From positions 61,876,001 to 61,940,000 of the forward strand of contig OX597828.1 of the NCBI GenBank assembly GCA_951406725.2: a stretch of DNA of 64,000 bases. The letters are read 5' to 3'. Source of the stretch: Octopus vulgaris (taxonomy: Eukaryota). This document shows, one piece after another, positions 1 to 14,741 of the stretch. The notes under the pieces are model-generated. The model saw only the letters and a program-made list of their open reading frames with translations. It had not been told where the DNA came from and did no database searches. The number at the start of each line of letters is the position of its first letter. Positions within the stretch are counted from its first letter, which is position 1. The position numbers were made by a program, and so were the translations under genes.

Positions 1-2779
1 TCTGGTTAAATGAATGGTTAGACTGCGCTATGGACATGTCAGTCGATACTGCTACTAATAGGTATCCTGTACATTAGATGTTACCACACTGATTAAATAC
101 ACGCATTATTTAATTGAAGAGTCTCCAGTAGGTCTAATACTATGACATACCGCAACCTTCTTCAACCATTTTTGTCATCAATACACAGTAGGTAACACAA
201 TCTAAATTATTCAGAATAAAGGCTAATATATCTTTCTCCGATTCAAAATTCGACGAGGAATTATCATTCAAAATGTTTAAATCAATTGGATTGATTTTGA
301 ATAATTAAAATTCGAGAGAAAACAAATATCCTCATACAACAACTGTGTTTCATTTTCACCACCATCAAAGATAGACTGCAAATCTCGAGAGAAATCAATC
401 TTGTACCATATACTGTGGCTGTAATTGCTCTAATAATGAGAAAAAGGAATGCAAGATAACTTTAGAAGCGTTATGCATAAAATTTGCGAGAATAGAAACT
501 GAGAGAGAGGCATCCTCCGAGATACAGCGACTTCAGTTTACGTACTCTGTACAGTATGACCAACAATTTCATACTTACGGATTGGATAAATTTTAGCAAT
601 TTAAAAACGTTTTCTTCTTAACCAAAAGGCGGTTCTCAGTTAACAAATGGAAAAGACCTCGTCCAGTTTAGTACTCGGTGTCTGGTAATGTACTGGGTAC
701 CTTAGGCATTATTTACATGTTTCAGTGTACGGATGAAAGAGCGATTTCAATGTTTTTTCTTGGGAAGCCAAAAATGGTCGAAACACATTTTTGACCCTGA
801 GAACAAAATATTTCAATTGTTTGTTTCTTATATGTGTGTGTGTGTGTGTGTGCGTATAACACAACGCGCGCGCACACGCACGCACACACACATGTAGACA
901 TACACACACACACACATGTAGACACACACATACATACACAAGATGGTATCATTTCTAGAAAACTGTATTCACCTCCGTATAAATAAACTATATAATTCCT
1001 TAAAGATAATTTCATTGTGTTTCGCTTTGTATATTTGCGACATCATAACATTTAAATTATGATTGATGACTGTTCTTTTTTCCCTATGTCAAAAATAGGT
1101 GATAAGTCATAAATCTTCGTATCTAACCTTCAGACATGTTTTCCTTTGACAAACAATACTTTATGCTTAACATTTCTATATTAAAAGTGATCTTTATTTA
1201 CTGTGACATGTTAAGTTAAATATATCACCCGTTCTTACAATATACATACTTATCTCCAATCGTCTTATTCGTGTACGTCGTCAATTTCGCCGGCGTCATC
1301 ATCTTTTATAAACAGCACCACTGTTTGTCTTATTGAAGAAGAAAAGAACCAACAAACGCAAAAGACAATTTTTTTGTAAATTTAAATACAAATCGGTGTA
1401 TTTGCTGAAACTGTAAAGGAAAGAAACATTGAGACTATTTCGTGTCAGATATCTATGTTCTGGTTTCCTATCCTATTATTGGCGACATTGCATACTCGGT
1501 TTTAAGTTCGATAAAATAAGTATAAAGCTTATGGGCGAAATGAATTTGAAGTATTTTAAAATGAAAAATGGGTTTGCACATGACGAATCCCACTCGCTAA
1601 ACGTATACATTTGTCCCAAATGATTAACTAGCCTGCATCTCTGGAGGTAAACGAAGTTGTTTTCCTTTTAGAAAGATGTCTAAACAACTGTTGAATTGCC
1701 TTGGCTCTAATGAGTTCATCCACACCTTGATAGCTTTTCGTATTCGTCCTGCAGAGTGTCGAACGAAAACCAACCACCGTAGCAAGCAGGCTTGGTAGTG
1801 TTGCCTATTTAATCACCGACGGCCGAACCATGCGACAGCTTCTACTGGATTACATGTTGCCAGTAGCACTAAGAGAAACATCACACACACACACGCACAC
1901 ACACACATGTTTGTGTGTGTGGATGTATGTCCTTTTCCTTTTTTAATTATTTAAACTCTTCTTTTGAAGAAGGAGCTGGTTTCTAACAAAAATACAATTC
2001 GCCATCGCTGGAATACCGATAACGAAAACAGCGTCAGATTTTAAACCCGAGAAAAGTCTTGCATAGTTTTACTGTCCCGCTCGCAGATTGTATTAATAAT
2101 GTGCAAGTCAGGTGGCTGTTTTCTTTTTCTGAAAATCCAGGCTTATCCAGATTGACAGTTAGGCATTTACTTACAAAATTATGAGCTCCAGTTATTAATG
2201 TTATAAATGTAAATTTATAATCCATGTACGTATGTATGTATGTATGTATGTACATATGTGTGTATGTATCTATATGTATGCATGCACATACGCGCATATA
2301 TGTGCGGACATATGCACGCAATTACATAAATGCATGTGTACGTAGTGTCATTTGGTTTGTAATGACTATATTGTTTTATGCGTACACACACATACGCATT
2401 AATTGCGTAGGCTAAGAAACAAAAAAGAACAAAAGTTGATTTTGTATTTTTTTAATGAATCATCATTTTCTTTCAACAAGACACAAAGTGCAACGCATTT
2501 TAGGAAATGGCAAACTGAGACTTTCATTTCAGTAGGTTCCTACTTAATGTCGCAATTGGGGGTGAAACTTTCTCTACTGTGAATTGAAACCAGGTTGTAG
2601 TCCCAAGCCAGTGGGAGTTTTTCTCTGACTCTACACTGCTCCATCGCATATACAAAAATCTCATTCATTGGCTAGAGGAAGTTTTATATAAATGTGTGCA
2701 TGTGTATTTAGATAAATATAGAAATATGCGTCCGCACTCAGATGTAAATATGTATGCTACACACACACACACAACCAAC

Positions 2780-2812
<33 letters not shown>

Positions 2813-3419
2813 CAATGAACAATTTGGGCGTCCGTATATGATTGCAAGAATGCTAATTTTTGAAGAAGTATGTTTGTAGTTATATATAGGTGTGTGTTAA
2901 CTCTAAATCTGTGTCAGATATGGTGAAATGTCTTCTGCTATAAAACCAACTCAATGGGATTCCGCATGAAACGTCATGTGGCTGATGTCTGCGACAAGTG
3001 TTGGACTTAATTACACAATTCAAAATAGAAATGAAATTACGTCTTACTGTGTGACATTAAATCATCCATCATACTATAAAAATACATAGCCATAGGTGTA
3101 CATATACACACATATGTGTATATATATGTATGTGTGCATACAGGGACGTATATGTAAATATACAGTTATAGGAATATAACTACATATCCCTATGTACAAT
3201 AATATATGTATGAATCTCTCTTCCTCTTTCTCTCTCTTTCTCTCTCTCCATCTCTGTCTGCCTCTCTCTCTATGCATACATATGTGTATATACATATAAG
3301 TATATATATATACTTATATCTCCACCAGCTGGTTTTCGGTGCAAGCTCTGTACCCTTTATATACAATATATCGCTAGAAGGGGGAGCGAACCCCTACTAA
3401 CCCCACCAGCTGGCAGGAT

Positions 3420-3464
3420 CGCGGCACCGGCCAGTTTCAAGCTATTTGGCTCACATCAGCCGCG
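3420..3464 (-). ncRNA. Type I hammerhead-like motif with core deviations (A9U, G17)
   Basis: Minus strand: cgcgg CTGATGT gagc-caaata-gctt GAAA ctggccgg TG ccgcg. Perfect 5-bp stem I, 4-bp stem II, near-palindromic stem III. Confidence 0.6.
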
Positions 3465-3637
3465 CGCACCTTTGATAGCTAAGATCCGTTTTGCCAGCGT
3501 TATATTGTAAACAAAGTGACCATCGGTCACTGATTTGCAACAAACACAATAGCTAGTTATAAAATATCAAGAAGAGATAAAGTAGTAACGTATGCTAAAC
3601 AGTAAAGCTCTGCACCCTTTATATCTCTAGCAGAGAT

Positions 3638-4180
3638 ATGCTTAGCATATCCCGTGAGACATTTCTGCACAATGAACTTGGCATCACGAAGCTTTCTGCT
3701 CGGTGGGTGCCAAATCTTCTGACACCTGATCAAAAGCGCACCAGGCTGATCACATCACGGCAAAATTTGACATTGTTTGAGGCAGAGCCAGCTGGTTTCC
3801 TTGAAAGATTCCTAAGCCAGGATGAGTGTTGGCTTCACTTTGAGCCAGAGACAAAGAGGCAATCCATAGAGTGGAAGCACCCCCACTTCACCTACACCAA
3901 GGAGAGCCAAGGTCGTTTCATTTGCAAGGAAGGTGATGACGTCAGTTTTGGGGGTTCAAAAGGCACTGTATTTATTTACTATCTTTAAAATAGGAAAGGG
4001 AACTTGTTTTATCAGGACAATGCTCCAGCACACATGCCGTTGCTTTCAATGGCTACGGTGCGTGTAACGATGGCTTTGAAATGGTTAAACAGCCACCATC
4101 TTCTCCTGATTTGGCCCCATTTGACTATCATCTGTTCCTCAACATAAAAAAAAATACTTGGCTGGGAGCCAGTATCACAG
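3638..4180 (+). pseudogene. Mariner (DD34D) transposase fragment, internally deleted
   Basis: KLSARWVPNLLT..., SQDECW-HFEPETKRQS-EWKH, then QDNAPAH and PPSSPDLAPFDYHLF motifs with frameshifts. Confidence 0.9.
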
Positions 4181-4497
4181 TGGTTCCCAATTATTTAATA
4201 GAAAAGGGGAAGATCAACCGCTTCCTTAGTCACAAAAACACCGCATAAATATTTTCATAAGAAAACAACTTTCTCCCTCTCATTTCTTTTTTACTGTTTT
4301 ACTAATTTTTTCCTTCATTTCGTAGTTCCCTTTGTCCCTTAATTGTCTTAAATCATTTCTCTTCTCACTATTACTCGTTCTTTTTCAACCCTTTATTTTC
4401 TTAATCATGATGTGTAGCTAATATGCACTACTTTCACAATTTAACATCGCCTTTTTTCTCTCACTCTGTCTCACTCTCACTCTCCCTCATTCTCACA

Positions 4498-4551
<54 letters not shown>

Positions 4552-4692
4552 CATACATATAAAAGGGATGTAATATAATGTATGTAAAATAATTTCTTCT
4601 GAAACTTCAGATTTTTAAGTATGCTAGACCACTGGTGTTAACTTAATATTAATCAAATTAATATTCAAATTTTCACCCTTATTATTTTAAAT

Positions 4693-4729
<37 letters not shown>

Positions 4730-4992
4730 TGTGTGTATGTATGTATGTATGTATGTATGTATGCATATATGAAATTTTCTAACATTCTTTTAGTCTCTTT
4801 CCTTATTTTACACATACGCACACATAAGTAGTTCATTTCTCCACCTGTCACAAAAATTACTTTACCTTCTAAAAATAAAAGGGAATAGAGCTGTAAATTG
4901 TAGGGATCGAGAGCAGTGATTGATGTGATAGATGTGAAAATCAAAGAGATTGGTTAACTCGCACTACACCTCGAGAAACGATTTGCAGTGTA

Positions 4993-5034
<42 letters not shown>

Positions 5035-5065
5035 ATTATCTATCTATTTATCTATCTGTATATCA

Positions 5066-5099
<34 letters not shown>

Positions 5100-5340
5100 A
5101 TGCTTTGAGTCCAAACTAGCAAGGATCAACCAAAACTTGGTAGATCCTTCATATCTATCTATCATACATATTAGAAGGAAACCACTATGTGGACACCCTT
5201 ATACTAGAAATAGATTCGCTATGGTCTTACCACTAAGAGATGTTCTCAAGAAAAATTTAGCAAAACAACCCCAAAACGTAATCGAGCAAGACAAAAGAAA
5301 AAGCAATCAAAATATGGATTTTATATATATATATATAGTT

Positions 5341-5645
5341 GTGAAGGTGCATGACTTAGCAGTTAGGGTGTTGCACTCAAGATTGCATGATCGTGGGTTC
5401 GATTCCGGTTCCTAGACCGGGCGTTGCGTTGTGTCCTTGAGCAAAGCACTTCATTTCACGTTGCTCTGCGATCATTTCCGCATCTGACGTGTGGCATATG
5501 GTGCACCTGTATAGGTAATGTCGATTTGATAGAAGGACTGAGCTTATGTGTACACAAACATCTGATCACCATAAACAAATCTTCTGTGTGGTTGTTCGGC
5601 AAGAAATTGCCGATCTCTCATACGCCGTTGAACGACGGGAGAGTC
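5341..5645 (+). mobile_element. tRNA-derived SINE
   Basis: A/B-box-like head (GACTTAGCAGTTAGG...GGGTTCGATTCC) followed by GTTGTGTCCTTGAGCAAAGCACTT, shared with the SINE at 18599-18928. Confidence 0.75.
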
Positions 5646-6299
5646 CATTATATATAATTCAAATTTACAGAAAACAAAAGACGAAGACAGGTGTAGGAAC
5701 AACAAGCAGATTAACGCTCAGGAAGAATGGAAAAGTATTTTACGTTTCGAGCTTACATGTGTGTGTGTGCGTGCACGCGTGTGTATATATACATACATAC
5801 ATTTAAATATATATACATACATACAACACACACAGATAGATATATACATGTATATATGAAGTATTCACTAGCTCCGATCGTGAGGTCGTGTGATTTTTAA
5901 GTTATCTTAACTTCTGGACTCTCATAAACAGCCACAGAAATAATGAGAAAATTATATGATCATATAATGTCACGGGTAGTGTCCCAGCATGGCCGCACTC
6001 TCAAGGCTGAACCATATAAAAGTATAAAAGAATAAAAGAATATATTACATCAGAACAATTATATTCATTAGTTTGCATCTGTTTTACTTAAGATAACCAG
6101 AAACCACCCAGTATTGAGTGTGTATTCCCGTAATCTCCCTTAGGGTCTCCCTTCTCTCTTGTGCTGACGAATTTCAGACGCTAACAGAAATTGAACAATC
6201 TTATAAGAAACAAAACTTAATGCTTTCAAACATGGCTAATTCGCCTGAGTCGCATCGTTCTGATGATTTTACTGAACTTAGTCATCAACTAACTCTCTA

Positions 6300-6990
6300 G
6301 ACGTCAACACTAAGCTAATTCGCAACGCTGGATTCTATTATATTCCTTACCGTCTCTTGGTGAGCCGTGAACGATCTTGCCTCCTCAATATCACACGAGA
6401 TTAACTCTCTGCACTTAGCCAATACCAGCACCAAGATGATATTGTGATCAAACCGGCTAACAAAGGTAGTACGGTGGTTGTATGGAGGACCAACCTCTAT
6501 GAAAAGGAAGCAATAAAACCGATTGTATTATCTTAGCTTTTCTACCATCTGACCTCATTCCTACCTACTAACGTCTGGTGTCCGTCACATTAAAATCTCT
6601 CATCACCTCGTCTTTCTTCCTTTCCAAAGTTACCAACCTTATCACCAGACCTCTCTCACCCAGCCATCCCGCCAACATTCATAAATCTTACAGCCCTGAC
6701 CACTCCATCGAATTCACTTGCAATTGCTCCAACCCACTCATTTCCAAATACCTTTATACATTCTCCATCTCCTAGTTACTGTCCTTCACCACCACATTCA
6801 AGATACTAATCACGCTCTTCGCCCCTTCAGCTCCCTCCCCTTCCCACCAAGCTCTTCTATCCACCTCTTTACTCCAAGTATTAAATCCCTACACAATCAT
6901 TTCACATGATGACGGTCCACTCGCTCTCAAGTAACTCTTACTCCATTGTACAATCGTTGAGCCCAGTACCAATGATTTCATCCACTTTGC
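6300..6990 (+). pseudogene. Degenerate Penelope-like RT fragment
   Basis: DIVIKPANKGSTVVVW (PLE IKPADKG motif) at about 6437-6486; HIQDTNH motif and an LFT..I.SL-like stretch downstream; many frameshifts. Confidence 0.65.
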
Positions 6991-9900
6991 TGTGATTATC
7001 ACATGTGATTCCATTTTGATTCCAGCAGCTCATTGGAAACGAAAAAAGTGCTAGAAACACAGTCGTTTAAATTCAACGGGCGTATCTTTAGAATCAAATG
7101 AATTCTTGAGATGTAAACACTCTCACTCTTGTCAAAACCTGTCAAAAGAAAACATCTTACATTAGACAAGGGTTAAAACCCTTAATTTGACTCCCTATTT
7201 TTTGTCATTGGGGTACATGGAATCATTTACCTTCCTACTAACATCTTATTCACATCACGAGCTTTATTTCTACACCGAGCTTTCATTTGTATTAGTCCGC
7301 TACTCAGCTGGTAAATATTTGGCCATTGATATTTATGAACCAATAAATTGGCTTATTCTGTTTTTGCGAAATACGACTTATATTAGTTGACAGACTTTAT
7401 CTTCTCGTGTACACTTAGAAACCACAGACTAAATTTGGCGGAAATTACTGTAAGCAATGTTATTCTGCTTTTTATAATGCTTCTCAGTATCCCAGCCAGT
7501 GGTTCGTGTCCAAGCTCGTGGCCCATGGTACATTCACCTCACAATCAGTTGATGAGCTTTGAAGACAACTACCATGCTTGAATAACAGCTGTTATGTAGA
7601 CCGGTACAACCGAGGCTTTTAGATCTAAAGAAAGCTTAAAGATGATAGGACGATATTTTTATTGCCTTCTGACTTGGCTAAGATTAGTTGGTAATAATTT
7701 TTTTTGTTAGTTGCACTGAAAGCATCTAAAAAAATTGGGTTTCTTTGGAATAATTGGTGTAATGCTTTATAGGCAGTTCTATTAAGGGTTTTAGCCCTTG
7801 TCTGATGTAAGATGTTTTCTTTCATAGATATTCTGTACCTCTACAGATGCACTGGATTAGATGGCGTAGATGGGAAGATGAGAATGGCAAACAAATGGCA
7901 AAATTTGGATAAGTTCTGTGAGATACTGGTGTCTTCTAATGTCTCATTCCAGACACCTGAGGTGTAGTTGTGTTTCTCCGAAAGTGCTGAACCGGGGTCT
8001 ATTTACTTTTTACAGAGATTGGAATAAAATGGTACAGCAATGGGGGCATATAAAATCATTCAGCATTACTTCAGTGGATCGTGTAAAAGCGTTCGAAGGC
8101 TTTCTTTATCCGAACACCAGAGAAAGGCATACTTTGCTCGCATCTTTCGAAGCATTTTCTTTGCTCTTGATAATCCGTTATTAGATTACAATATAGAAAA
8201 ACTGTGGCAAATTCATCTGTTTAACATAGTTGAAAGGATCAACTTGAACTTAAGTGTTCATTAGATCGATAATATTCGTGGATGGGATTTCAAAACAATC
8301 TTCCTCTCCACTCCTTCGGAAATGACTGTCATATAAATCTAATTTCATAATGACAGTTTGAGTTCGACTCTCAGACTGAAAGAAAAGAAAAACGGTTTTA
8401 TTATTTCCTTTTGTTCACATATTTGCGAAACTACCTAATCGATTTGACTTAATCGTAAATTTCAGCATTAAATTGGTTAAGGGGGCTCCGAAAGGGGTCT
8501 CAGGGAGTAGCGTCCCTGCCTTCATGAGCTAGTTTTCCACCACATTTCTTAAAAATCGTGGTAGAGGCCTTGGTGTCGGGACCACTCATGTCTAGAAACT
8601 GAGGTTGGGGGTAAGCAAGGGTATTGCTCCCAGTAGAAAATCCAGCTCCAAAAAAGCCTCATGATAGCAACGGAAAATGGGCAGCAGCCAGCCCAAAGTT
8701 TGAGGTGGACTGCACCTGCCTACCTCGATTGCTATGGCATTGAGGTAGATCCGTCCACCCCCGTTAATGGGGACAGAGCCCGGATTTAAAACACTGGATG
8801 ATGATGATGAACATTGATGTATGCTTTAAAGATCTTTTGAATCGGCAACAAATAGATACTTTCACTTATTGCCGATTTCGTCTTCGCTTGATTGTGTAAG
8901 TGAATCCTCCTTTTCCTGATTTCCTCCTTTTGCTCATTGGTTGTCTATTGTAACCTTTTTTTATTACTTTTTATGTTAAGAGATTATCAGTTTCAAATTT
9001 CTCAAGGCTCATAAACCATACACCTCTTCAAAATCTGATGGAGAGCACAGTCGAAGTCGTTACCAAGAAAAGATTATTTGATAAATAGCTGATAGAATAT
9101 CATCAATTTTAGCTCCACGAATCTTTTCTTCCAACCTAGGCAATAGGTGAGAATGGAATTAGCCACGTTTCCAGTATTTCATAAAACACATGAAACACCA
9201 ACAATTTCCGAACATCAATCCTTTCAATAACAGTGTTCCTTGCGACAACATTATGCTGAGTTTGATGGCCTTGGAATAATCCAGCCTCTATTTCAGTCCA
9301 TTTTGGATTATAAGTAAATATATTGAATAGGTCAGTACAACCAAACTTTCTGACATAAGTAATAATGAGTTGTGTGCATTTATGTATGTACCTTTCTCGT
9401 CTTGCGAAAGAAGATGGCGAAATACCTAATCAACTAACGTCCGTAATGTAGTCTAATTTATAGATGTATATGGCAAGTGGATACTCTATGATGCTGATTC
9501 AATAAAGTAAGTGAGTTGTCTTCTATGAGGAGCAGGAAACTGGCAATGAAACGGTCCATCAGGATACTCGCACAAAAAAGACAGAATTAATGTTTATATG
9601 TTTATATTTCTCCCATTGTCGGGATTTCCAATATTTAAGTATATTTCGATCCTTCTGATTTTCACGGTGCTGTGCATGATAAATGTACTTATTGTTTAAT
9701 TAATGCCAACCAGTCAAAAGCACAAATATGCAAATTAAGTGATCCACTGTGGTGATAACCTATTTTATGACTATATTTTATAACAGATGGATTTTCTACG
9801 CTATTGATTAGAGAAAGAAACTGGGTACGTCTCTCAGGAGCTGTGAACAAACCATAAGATGGTCCGACTGCAGAGCCAAACGCATACACTACACTCTTTT

Positions 9901-11199
9901 TTCTGCACATAAAAATATAGAAGAAATTTCTTTACATTCATATATTTCATTTATAGCCAAGCATTCGGTTACTTAAATTTATTTCAGCTAGCGAGACACT
10001 TGAATATTTCATGGAACTAATGGTAAACTTATTGGGTTATTTAATGAAAACTTGATCCAAAAGTCCTCAAAGCGTAGCCTGCGTTGCGTTCGTATGGAAA
10101 GATAGTCGCTCATCTGCTAGTCTTTGAAAAGTGAACGAAATTGAAATACCATGATTATTCATTGCACTTTATATATACACTTTATAAACTTTATGCACAA
10201 TTTTATAGACTTAATACACAACACTCTCCCTCTTTCTCTCTCACTCTTTGCCTTACCCCCTTTTTCTCTCTCTTCCTTCTCCCTCTTTTGCTCTCGCTCT
10301 TCGCCTTTCCCTTCAACCAATCACATGAAAGCGTTGCAGACGGTCTAAGTAACGAAAAAATACTTATTTAAAAAATTGCACATTTCACTTACCACCACCT
10401 CTCTCTCCCCCTCCTCTTCAACCAATTAGGTGAAAGTGTTATGGACGGGCTAAGTAACGGAGAAACAAGCAGTATCATTATAAGATTCTTCTGATTCACG
10501 CTATGTTGTTCATAAATGTGCATCCAAAAGTGTGCGTGTATGTGTCTGTGTGCGTTTTAGTCAACCCCCTCCCCCGCCGTGCCTTTACCTCCATTCCAAA
10601 GACAAAGAAAAAGTATCGTTTGTCTTAAGAATAAAATTATACGACATTGTTCTACGTTTTTGTGTGAGTACATAAAGCGAACCAAAGATCAAACTTCAAG
10701 CAAACAAGATAAGTATCGTTAGCTTGCCATACTTATCTTATTAACGGGGATTGAAGGCGTTAAGTGATCAGCAAGGTTATCTTATTGAGAAGCAACTTCG
10801 AGCAATGCGGCAAACATATCAGGAGAATTACACAGACTTTTATAAACTAGATGAGTAAGATCCAACATTTCTTTTCCTATGACTACCGACGTACAAATAA
10901 ATGCCTATATACGAAATGTCTCTCATTTGAACAAGATTTTGAAGCTATATTAGTCTGGCTGAAGGTATTTATTAGGCTAATGGCAGAACTGTAAGTATAT
11001 GCCCCAAAACAGCCCAAAAGAATATGCCATTTTCTTCTATTTAATGCATTTACATATATACACACATGTATACTCATACATACTCACATATATAGGCATA
11101 CTCACACACACACATATATCATTTTATGTATATATGTATGCTCAAGTATCTAATATACTATTAAGACAATTGTATATTTATGTACATGTCTGCGTGAGT

Positions 11200-11251
11200 C
11201 TGTGTATGTATACATACGTACATATATATATACATATACATAGATACATAC

Positions 11252-11317
<66 letters not shown>

Positions 11318-11423
11318 TGTGTGTGTGTGTGTATATATATATGTATGTATGTGTATGTATGTATGTATGTGTATGTATGTAAGTATGTATGTATGTATGT
11401 ATGTATGTATGTATGTGTGTATG

Positions 11424-11520
<97 letters not shown>
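11200..11520. repeat. Compound (TA)n/(TATG)n microsatellite
   Basis: Direct reading; source of the YIYI/CMYV ORFs. Confidence 0.95.
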
Positions 11521-11522
<2 letters not shown>

Positions 11523-12682
11523 TTCATTGTGTGTCAGAAAGATTTCTTACTTGCTTGTAAATAAGAATGACACATAAATAACTAATGTACACACGTATAA
11601 ATAACAAAAATAAGAAACAACAGAGGAAAGAAGAAAGAACGAAAGAAAGCGGGAAAATAAAGATATCTTGTTTAACCTCTAGCATATTGAAAATGGAAAC
11701 CTTTAACTCCCCTAACTGCCATATATACTACCTATACACCCTGTGTAATCTCGCCCAGATAAACATCATTAGGTGGATTCCGGCCACCTGTTTCATGAAA
11801 GTGCCCTATATATCGCCTGAAAGAAAAGATTCCAATTTATTTCCCACCATTTTGCAATTAATATTTTAAAGATATTCCATACATGACAAGTTCGAGTGTA
11901 GACTGCATTGTGCCTTGGAGACCAGTAGGAGTTACGTACAGATCATAGAAATGTGACCAAATATGGCGCGCGCGCACACAAACACACACACACAAACACA
12001 CACAAACACACATGCACACACACACACGCACATGCACATGCACACACATACAAACACACAGACACAGAAACACACACTGATATGTCGTTTTACACCAATA
12101 CTATTGACAGCTAAAGTCCCTTCCAGCTGACGCTTGTATGTATGAGTGTATATCTTTAAGCATACGAGTGTATATCTATATGCTGTCTGGGTATAGTTAT
12201 GTGTATGTGAGAGACAACGTGCTTGAACTTGTAAAGGTGTGTATGTTTATAAGTGCATATTTTTGTGAATGCATTTTATGTGTGCGCGTGCGTACACGTG
12301 TATGTGCGTGCATGCAGGTGGGTGCGCATGCGAGCTCGCGTATGCGTGCGGGTTTTAATATGAGTCCCGTACTTGTGTCGACGTCCACAAAAGATGAGTC
12401 GGGCCGAATCCAATCACTGATGTCCAACACAGCGATCGTTAAATAGCCTCGATTCGAACGGCGCACCATACACAGAACTAGATACCGATTCATGATCCGA
12501 TCTAATTATCTTAATCCACATTTTCAGCTGTTTATCTCACTGTTAGCACCATCCTGGAAAAAGTTTCCGTACGACCACATTGCGGATGAGTACATTCTGG
12601 GGGCAACAGGGTTCTGTTGAAGGGAATCAATTCAAGAAAAACTACAAATTTTGGATCTGACACAAAATCCAAAATGTGATCA

Positions 12683-13075
12683 CTGTGTGATAAGAAGTTT
12701 GTTTCTGAGTCATATGGTTCCGGGTTCAAACTGCGTGGTACCTCGGGCAAGTATCCTCTACTATAGCCTCGGGCCGACCAAAGCCTTGCGAATGGACTTG
12801 GTAGATGGAAACTGAAAGAAGCCCGTCGTATATATGTGTGAGTGTGTGTGCGTGTGTTCCTTTGTCACCCACCCCTGCTTGACAACCAGTGTTGGTGTGC
12901 TAACGTCCTCGTAACTTAGCGTTTCGGCAATAGATACCGATAGAATAAGTGCCAGGCTTTAAAAAATCAAGTACTGGGGTTGATTCATTCCAGTAAAAAA
13001 ATTCTTCTTGATGGAAATCGAGGATGGCTGCAGTCCAATGACTGGAACGAAACGAAATAGTGAAAGTGAAAGTGG
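12683..13075 (+). mobile_element. SINE with internal TG/TA microsatellite (same family at 29585-29752, 31040-31240, 40270-40610 minus, 49600-49918 minus)
   Basis: tRNA-like head (GGTTCCGGGTTCAA), GGGCAAGT..CTACTATAGCC.CGGGCCGACCAAAGCCTTG core, ACCGATAGAATAAGT tail. Confidence 0.85.
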
Positions 13076-13559
13076 TCAAATACTTGCATAAGTTCATCCT
13101 TCTTATTTTCCATGTCTCTCAGCTCTACATCAGGACAGCGTGAGCAGGTGCTCAGGAGATATAAAGGTTTGTGCCTACATGAATCTATGGTTTAATATAA
13201 AGATGAATATGAAGACGAGAGACTGTATCGCAAGCACGGTTTGTACAGATGTCTATCGAATCTTTATCCTTGACTATGGCAGTAAAAGTAATTTAATTTT
13301 CTCGACCCCCCCCCCCCGAATTTCACCATTGAGTCTTATGTGGACAATTTCAGTGGACGAATATACATATAGTCTATAGGCACATACGTACACTCAGAGA
13401 TACACACATACATACATACTGACAGATAGACAGACAGACAAACGGATAGACAACCTGCTAGCTAGTTAATTATTTGAATATGAATATTGTGAATATGTAT
13501 ATACGTACATGGATACATACATACTGATAGACAGACAAACAAATTGATGGACATTCAGA

Positions 13560-13790
<231 letters not shown>

Positions 13791-14741
13791 GGAGATGTAT
13801 ATCTAGCGGGAGCAAAGTAGTGGCTTCAACTATGCTACTTCTTACTGAGCCATCTTGCGGGAGAAAGCTGATTGAGGAATTCACCAAAACACATATCTTC
13901 CTGGGAAGGTGCTAGAAATTTTGATTAGATTTGAAATTTTGACTAGATATGCAAATCTCCCCTGGACTGGGGATATTTGTGTCTCCGAGAAAAACAAGAT
14001 GTTTGATATACATTTTCGTAGGAAGTAGTTGGTAAGATCAATGTTGTGTCTTTTTTATTTATTTCATTGAGAGCGATTGCTTGTTACATTAGTTGCAAGT
14101 TACCTGTGGTGGTATTATGCAAATGAGTTATTGTTGAGATTCCGTAGCTATCAAAGAATACAACTGATAAATCATGTTAAATTAAAAATTAGTATTAGAA
14201 AGTTACGATGGTAGCTTTGATATATAAATAATATGGCTGAAATGAACTTGGGCAGATTTATGTTGGGCTTCATTTGGTGTTTGTATATTTAAATTGCGGT
14301 GAAACAAATTGTTATAACATCCTACTTGTTTTGTTTAATAATAATTATCTTCTACAGTTTTTCTGTTTTCATGGTGGGAATTGGAGGAGACTGAATGGTT
14401 AAAGTGGTGAATGATATGATGGTGTTGTTGTGTTCTTAAGTGTTAAGATGGAAGATGGCTTGGAAAGGGGAAAAGGCATGGTGTGTTGGAAAGATCTGGT
14501 TAGCCGGGTTGGGTTTGTTTTACGGTTGGGATTGGAATGTTTGAAGTTTTGTAGTTTAAATTGTTGTATATATAAATAAGGAGGGAACGTTTCTTCATTT
14601 GTGTTAAATGTACTGACGGAATTTTTAACTTCTCTGCTAAACTGAATTCATATCTGTTCTCTCGAGATGACACGCAAGTTTATGGATGGATTTGTCACTC
14701 TGCGATCTTTTAAAAATCATGCAAAATTCGAAAGTGGCGTA

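Noticed and set aside
7600-9960. Faint PLE RT-like motifs (also about 16900-18300, 52050-52330, 59300-59900, 61900-62900)
   Set aside because: Too degenerate to delimit or classify by eye.
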